The notes under the pieces were generated by a model. It ran no database searches. It had not been told where the DNA came from and worked only from the letters and a program-made list of their open reading frames with translations. Made by a program: the position numbers and the translations under genes. From positions 160,001 to 224,000 of the forward strand of contig JBDRZU010000001.1 in NCBI GenBank assembly GCA_039804105.1: a DNA stretch of 64,000 nucleotides, given 5' to 3'. Shown here piece after piece: positions 58,909-64,000 of this stretch (position 1 is the stretch's first letter; each line of letters starts with the position of its first letter). This DNA is from a candidate division WOR-3 bacterium. GTDB lineage: Bacteria; Hydrothermota; 32-111.

Positions 58909-59716
58909 GTTCTCTGACTATTTTTGCAGCTGCTGCTGAAGAGATTCCTGAAACGTCATGTTCAGGTGAAAGTTCGACGATATCGGTTCCAATGATTTCA
59001 AAATTTTTAAATTTTAATAGAAAATCTATGAACTCTTTAAAATTTAACCCACCTGCTTCAGGTGTTCCTGTTCCTGGAACAACAGAAGGATCAAGAACAT
59101 CGAGATCTATTGAAATATAAATTTTTTTATTTTTGATAAGATCAAAATCGAAAGAATCAGGTCGCTCATTAAAAAAGAGAAGTTTTTTTGAAAATTCGTA
59201 CTCTTCTTCTGTATAAGATCTGATGCCGATCTGACATATTCTTTTCTCACCAATCAATTTTGTACAATTTCTTATTACACATGCATGTGAAAATTTAGTT
59301 CCCATATATTCTTCTCTTAAATCTGCATGAGCATCAAAAACTATTAGAACAAAGTCGTTGTAGAAATCGTTGAAAGCTTTTATTATCGGATAAGTTATCG
59401 AATGCTCCCCGCCGAGAGAAATTATTTTTTTGTTTGATTTTAAAAGTTTTTTTGTTGTTTTAAATATTATTTCATTTGTTTTTTTGATGTTTCCTAAAGG
59501 TAATTCAATATCACCCATATCGAAATAATTTTTCGTATGGATATCTTTTTTTTGATAGTTTGAAAAAGTTTCAAGGTTCCAAGAAAAAAATCTTAATGAA
59601 TTTGGTCCATTCCTTGAACCTGCTCTAAAAGATGATGTTGAATCGAAAGGATATCCGACGATAACGATTTCAGAATTTTTTTTATCCTCTGATGATTCGA
59701 GAAAATTATAGATCAT
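58892..59716 (-). CDS. speB: Agmatinase / aminopropylagmatine ureohydrolase
   Basis: GGEHS, DAHAD, DLDVLDP..PGTGTPE.GG. Confidence 0.95.
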   Translation of the reverse strand: MIYNFLESSEDKKNSEIVIVGYPFDSTSSFRAGSRNGPNSLRFFSWNLETFSNYQKKDIHTKNYFDMGDIELPLGNIKKTNEIIFKTTKKLLKSNKKIISLGGEHSITYPIIKAFNDFYNDFVLIVFDAHADLREEYMGTKFSHACVIRNCTKLIGEKRICQIGIRSYTEEEYEFSKKLLFFNERPDSFDFDLIKNKKIYISIDLDVLDPSVVPGTGTPEAGGLNFKEFIDFLLKFKNFEIIGTDIVELSPEHDVSGISSAAAAKIVRELILLL

Positions 59717-60569
59717 AGATCTTTTTAACAAAGTTTGGCAAAGCGAACGAACTTTTGTGAATCTCGTGGTTGTAATAGTTTAAACTTTTTTCAAAAGGTT
59801 TTATTAATTTTTTATCTTTTACTTCTATGTCGAAATTTTCTTTTGAGCATATCATAAAATTCCACATCCCAGATGGATATGTTGGTATGAATGCAAGATA
59901 AGGTTTTACATGTTTAAAAACTTTTTTCATCCTTTCATATATAATTTTAACAGATTCTTTATGAAGGTATGGACTTTCGGCTTGAACTGTTAAAAAGCCG
60001 TTTTTACTTAAAATCTTATGACAGTTTTTATAAAATTTTTCTGTAAAAAGTCCTTCACCTGGTCCTATTGGATCAGAAGAGTCAATAATTATGAGATCAA
60101 AATTTTCATTTGTTTTGTTGACAAAATCAATTCCATCTCCAATTATGATGTTAGCATTTTTTGAAAGATTTTTTGTTAACTGAGGGAAAAATTTTTTAGA
60201 TGATTTTACAACTTCACCATCGATTTCAACCATTTTTATTTTTTTAATGTGTTTATATTTTGAAACTTCTCTTAAAGTTCCACAATCTCCACCCCCAATT
60301 ATCAATACATTTTCTATATCAGGATTTATATTTATCGGTATATGGGTTATCATTTCATGGTAAACGAACTCATCCCTTTCTGTAAGCATTACTAGTCCAT
60401 CTAAGATCATTACTTTACCATATTCGTATGTGTCAAGTATCACGAGGTCCTGATATTTTGTTTTTTTTCTGTAGAGTGTCTCTTTGACTTTAAAAGTGAT
60501 CCCGGTATTTTTTGTATGGTATTCTGTGAACCAGATTTCGGTTTGCCCGGAAGTGTTGAACTCTTTCAT
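59706..60569 (-). CDS. speE: Polyamine aminopropyltransferase
   Basis: LDG..M.TE.DEF.YHEM, IGGGD, DSSDP.GP, PTYPSG. Confidence 0.96.
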   Translation of the reverse strand: MKEFNTSGQTEIWFTEYHTKNTGITFKVKETLYRKKTKYQDLVILDTYEYGKVMILDGLVMLTERDEFVYHEMITHIPININPDIENVLIIGGGDCGTLREVSKYKHIKKIKMVEIDGEVVKSSKKFFPQLTKNLSKNANIIIGDGIDFVNKTNENFDLIIIDSSDPIGPGEGLFTEKFYKNCHKILSKNGFLTVQAESPYLHKESVKIIYERMKKVFKHVKPYLAFIPTYPSGMWNFMICSKENFDIEVKDKKLIKPFEKSLNYYNHEIHKSSFALPNFVKKIYDL

Positions 60570-60571
60570 TT

Positions 60572-61039
60572 TCACTCCCATAGAACTACAGCTGCGAACG
60601 CTGTTCCGATTCTTTTAACTCTATGTTCACATGCTTTGCTTTGAAGGGTAAAATTTGAAATACCTCTTACTTTCATCGCCTCTTCCGCCATACTTCTTAC
60701 AATATCTTCAATATCTTTTTTTCTTCCGTTTGAGGAATATTCCATTATAACACCTGGTAAAGAATCATCATCAGGTTTTGCTGCAGCAACACCAGCAGAA
60801 ATGTATTGACCTGTCATATCAGATGTGATCGATGCATAAGCAACCGGAATAAAACTTCCCTGGGGAATCTTTATGAATTTAACATTTTTACAATAAGGTG
60901 GGATTATTGAAGATATCTTAATAAGATTCATATTTCCTATTTTTGCGTTTAGAAGTGCACAGTCAAATGAATTCAATTTTGAAAAACCTTCTGAATGCCC
61001 CGCAACAAAGAAAAATCTTTTCGGAGTAAAAAGGTTCAT
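60572..61039 (-). CDS. pdaD: Pyruvoyl-dependent arginine decarboxylase
   Basis: LNSFD.AL..A.IGN.NLIKISSI.PP (Ser-Ser autocleavage). Confidence 0.9.
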   Translation of the reverse strand: MNLFTPKRFFFVAGHSEGFSKLNSFDCALLNAKIGNMNLIKISSIIPPYCKNVKFIKIPQGSFIPVAYASITSDMTGQYISAGVAAAKPDDDSLPGVIMEYSSNGRKKDIEDIVRSMAEEAMKVRGISNFTLQSKACEHRVKRIGTAFAAVVLWE

Positions 61040-61040
61040 T

Positions 61041-61448
61041 TTAAACTCCTATTTTTTCTGTTGAACTTTTATCAGTTTTGTGTTTCAATGTTCCATCAAC
61101 ATCAAAAAGTCCTCTTTTAACTTCCATCATGGAAGTTTCTTTAGCTTTCAATTTTTTTACAAGGTATTTGAATGAGATCCAGGGGTCAAGAGTGTTTCCG
61201 CAAGTGTAGATGTCTATCGATGCGTAACCATATTCTGGCCATGTGTGGATCGTGAGGTGGGATTCCGCTATTACTACAACTCCGCTAACTCCGAAAGGTG
61301 AAAAGTGATGAAAAGAACTTGAAATCACTGTTGCTCTTGCTCTTTTTGCTGCTTCAACCATGAGTTGTTCGATTTGAGCAACATCGTTTAAAATCGCTGA
61401 GTCACATTTGTAGAACTCAGCAAGAATGTGTTTACCTAGGGCTTGCAT
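61041..61448 (-). CDS. speD: S-adenosylmethionine decarboxylase proenzyme
   Basis: GVSGVVVIAESHLTIHTWPE, YTCG. Confidence 0.95.
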   Translation of the reverse strand: MQALGKHILAEFYKCDSAILNDVAQIEQLMVEAAKRARATVISSSFHHFSPFGVSGVVVIAESHLTIHTWPEYGYASIDIYTCGNTLDPWISFKYLVKKLKAKETSMMEVKRGLFDVDGTLKHKTDKSSTEKIGV

Positions 61449-61513
61449 TCTTTCATACCTCCATAATCTGAAGTTAAAGGGTTTAACTGATACCTACACA
61501 AAAAAAGACACAT
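61436..61513 (-). CDS. Putative 25-aa leader peptide overlapping the speD start
   Basis: AGGAG-6nt-ATG; MCLFLCRYQLNPLTSDYGGMKECKP*. Confidence 0.35.
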   Translation of the reverse strand: MCLFLCRYQLNPLTSDYGGMKECKP

Positions 61514-61535
61514 ACGAAACTCCTGTTTTGAAGGT

Positions 61536-61563
61536 ATTATATATTTTTTTTTTATAAATTCAA
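61536..61563 (-). promoter_or_regulatory. Promoter for the polyamine operon
   Basis: Minus strand TTGAAT-16nt-TATAAT. Confidence 0.6.
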
Positions 61564-61636
61564 TAGGAAAAATTAAAAATTTTTTTATTGACAGAAAAAA
61601 AAATGGTTTTAATATAATAAATAGAAAGGGGGGAAG

Positions 61637-61990
61637 ATGTCAAAAAAGAATATTTTAAAAATTTTGTTAATTCTATTATTGGCATCCTGTGCGAAAACTG
61701 GGAAAATAGAAGATGTGGATTGTTATTTGATCAGTATCAATGGTCCTTCAAAAATCTCTGTTGGAGAATCTGCAATATTCAACATTGTGGGTTATGACCA
61801 GAATTCAGCAGTGTTGAAAAATTCATCCTGTATAAAAAATGTTGACTGGGAATTACAAGGGGATAACATTTACATAGTTGAAAAGAAAGAGAAAAATTTT
61901 GTCAGAATTAAAGGTATAAAAAAGGGAATGTTCTGTATAAAAGCAACATATAAAGATCATAAAACTTATTTGAGTGTTACAGTAGAATGA
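61637..61990 (+). CDS. Lipoprotein with Ig-like domain
   Basis: Lipobox LASC; beta-rich body; TTGACA at 61588 upstream. Confidence 0.7.
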   Translation: MSKKNILKILLILLLASCAKTGKIEDVDCYLISINGPSKISVGESAIFNIVGYDQNSAVLKNSSCIKNVDWELQGDNIYIVEKKEKNFVRIKGIKKGMFCIKATYKDHKTYLSVTVE

Positions 61991-61993
61991 TTT

Positions 61994-63322
61994 TTATTGG
62001 AGATACCTTGCTTTTAATCTCTCATGCAAATCAGGATAAACATCCTTTATGCTTTCGATAAGATCAGATAATTTTAAAAATTTTTTATTTTTACTATAGA
62101 TGGTTGTAAGGTATTTAATATTTATGGTATCCTTATCGTTTAACAGGTAGAGTTTTTCGAAGTAAAATTCTGATGAATCATTTTCATTTTTTTTATATTT
62201 AATTATACCTTTAAACTTGAAGAAAAAAATTGAATCATTAAAATTTTTTAAATCCATTCTTGAGATTATCTTTTCTGATATATCGAGTTCATTTAAGAGG
62301 ATATAATTTTGAACTGATTCCTTTGAAAAATATTTTTGGTTTTTTTCTAAAATTTTGTCATAATATTTTTTTGAAAGATTTAAAGAATCACTTTTAAAAA
62401 ATTCTTTTCCAAGATTTTCAAAAATTTCCTGATCATATTTTTCAGTGTTGGTCAAAATTGAATCCATTTTTAAAAGTAGAGGAAAATTTTTAGTTCTGTT
62501 GTAAAGGTTTAAAAGTTTTTTTAGAACGATCAAAGAATCTGGATAACCTTTCAATGTGTTGAAACAGTAAACCTCGACGGAATCATAAAAATTTTTTTCA
62601 TAAAAATTGTCGATAATGCGATTCAAAGCGTAAAAATCATATTCTGTGTTTAAAAGTTTTTTAAAATAGTTGTTACTCTTATCATACTTTTTTAATTTAT
62701 GAAAAATTTCAGCTGCGAGAAAAATGTGCCTTTGGTTTTTCTCATCAATATTTAAAACCTGTGAGATATAATTTTCAGCAAGATTGTAATTTTTAATTTT
62801 ATGATAGTAGTTTGCAATCGAGAATAAAGCATCGATATCATTATCATCAAGGGATAAGATTTTTTGTGCTGCAAAAAGTGTTGAATCGTTTAAATTTTTT
62901 CTTTCGAAATAAAAAAGTTTCAGTTTCATCAGTTTTATACTGTTTGGGAAATATTTGATCGAATAATTTATTTTTTCCAGAAACTTTTTATCATCTTTTT
63001 CTAAAAGACATTTATTTAAAAGATAAAAAACTTCTTCATCATTTTTTAAGTTTGAAGCGATCGTTAGATAATGGATCGCTTTGTCCAGATTATTATTCTG
63101 GTAATATAAAAAACCTATAAAGTAGTAGGGTTCATATTTTGAGGAATCTATTTCTTTTAAAACATTAAAAAATCTTAAACTTTTTATCGTATCATTTTTT
63201 TCAATATAAAACTCTAAAGAGTCAAGAGAATCTGAAAAAAAATCTATAACTTCTTTTGAAAAAAAGTTGATTGCAAAAATTATTAGGAAAATAATGATAA
63301 AAATTTTTTTCATATAAAACAT
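61994..63322 (-). CDS. Exported TPR-repeat protein
   Basis: Signal peptide and repeated TPR-like helices (PYYFIGFLYY..KAIHY, ALFSIANYY..LAENY). Confidence 0.8.
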   Translation of the reverse strand: MFYMKKIFIIIFLIIFAINFFSKEVIDFFSDSLDSLEFYIEKNDTIKSLRFFNVLKEIDSSKYEPYYFIGFLYYQNNNLDKAIHYLTIASNLKNDEEVFYLLNKCLLEKDDKKFLEKINYSIKYFPNSIKLMKLKLFYFERKNLNDSTLFAAQKILSLDDNDIDALFSIANYYHKIKNYNLAENYISQVLNIDEKNQRHIFLAAEIFHKLKKYDKSNNYFKKLLNTEYDFYALNRIIDNFYEKNFYDSVEVYCFNTLKGYPDSLIVLKKLLNLYNRTKNFPLLLKMDSILTNTEKYDQEIFENLGKEFFKSDSLNLSKKYYDKILEKNQKYFSKESVQNYILLNELDISEKIISRMDLKNFNDSIFFFKFKGIIKYKKNENDSSEFYFEKLYLLNDKDTINIKYLTTIYSKNKKFLKLSDLIESIKDVYPDLHERLKARYLQ

Positions 63323-63382
63323 TATAAAAGTTTATTTTTCATAGTCAACAAACAAAAGAAAGTTATCAAAATTAAAAATTAG

Positions 63383-63410
63383 TTGACAAAATAAAATAAA
63401 TTAGTATAAT
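63383..63410 (+). promoter_or_regulatory. Consensus sigma70 promoter
   Basis: TTGACA-16nt-TATAAT. Confidence 0.75.
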
Positions 63411-63430
63411 TCATCTTGACGGGGTTGAAG

Positions 63431-63517
63431 ATGGAAAAAATTAAATTTTATATTATCGGATTTATTGTTTTTTTATTTGTACTTTTAAATATTTGTTATA
63501 TACTTTCCCGTGGCTAA
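63431..63517 (+). CDS. Unannotated 28-aa single-TM peptide
   Basis: MEKIKFYIIGFIVFLFVLLNICYILSRG*; only plus-strand ORF behind the promoter; GGGGT SD-like sequence. Confidence 0.55.
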   Translation: MEKIKFYIIGFIVFLFVLLNICYILSRG

Positions 63518-63999
63518 AAAATAAATCCAAACGATATTGAACTTGGTGCAGAGAAGTTTAACTGAAGATCATATTTTCTTTTTATTATCATTCCCATTTT
63601 TATTGAAGGGAAGGGAAAATCGTTTGTGAATACATCATCAAATCTATCATCAGAATATGAAATAAGTTTTATAGGCATGAGTATTCCACCGCCAATATAA
63701 AATAGTATTCCCTGTTTTACTGTTTCTTTTAACTCTCTTATATAATAATAAAAAGATAGATCTGGAATTATCAAAGAATATACACAATTAGATTCTATAT
63801 TAATAAGTCCTACTCTTTCTTTAACGACTCCACCCCCCATCGAAATTCCGATCTGTGGTCTTAAACTCAAATTTTTAACTTCAAACATCTCTTTGATATC
63901 AAGTCCATAAGAGACACCAAAAGTTCCAATATATGATGTTGTATTTGCTGGTTTTGAAAAAACAAAATCAAAATGGAGAAAATTATCAGTTTTTGTTTG
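63514..63999 (-). CDS. Outer-membrane beta-barrel-like protein (start beyond window)
   Basis: Frame stays open to the window edge; amphipathic strands; C-terminal SFGFIF. Confidence 0.55.
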   Translation of the reverse strand, partial: QTKTDNFLHFDFVFSKPANTTSYIGTFGVSYGLDIKEMFEVKNLSLRPQIGISMGGGVVKERVGLINIESNCVYSLIIPDLSFYYYIRELKETVKQGILFYIGGGILMPIKLISYSDDRFDDVFTNDFPFPSIKMGMIIKRKYDLQLNFSAPSSISFGFIF

Positions 64000-64000
64000 T

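Noticed and set aside
1..64000. CRISPR array, rRNA or IS transposase
   Set aside because: No regularly spaced direct repeats, rRNA-like tracts or transposase motifs seen by eye

Overview
AT-rich bacterial chromosomal segment, probably from a diderm FCB-related candidate lineage (inferred from a T9SS-like C-terminal sorting domain, beta-barrel proteins and lipoproteins; not verified). Most of the window is densely packed housekeeping operons: mutL-miaA, smpB-amidase-murI, uvrA, reduced PTS IIC/IID-ptsH-ptsI, metK-ahcY, ispD-ispF, hflX, coaX, tsaE-tsaB, surE-pcm, rmuC, nadE, prfA-prmC, nadK-recN, priA, carboxyltransferase/biotin carrier, crtI-crtB-lycopene cyclase and speD-pdaD-speE-speB. The main accessory feature is a ~5.4 kb element (about 31309-36709) inserted at the 3' end of tRNA-Pro(CGG). 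It carries a decayed large serine recombinase, an XRE-MTase-putative endonuclease cassette, a frameshifted membrane protein and a TIR (ThsB-like) gene. The recombinase's last codons appear split by integration: joining the two element ends at a shared GA dinucleotide restores an in-frame tail (..CIWSQLLNETRIYFEQNSD*). A third, inverted copy of that site lies inside the element and forms ~180-bp inverted repeats around the defence cargo, which suggests an invertible, three-site element. Other notable items are the pcm stop codon lying inside the tRNA, a catalytically degenerate serine recombinase leading the uvrA operon, a probable ACG start for PTS IIC, a uORF over the speD start, and an unannotated 28-aa membrane peptide with a consensus promoter. 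All calls come from reading motifs by eye; no searches were run.
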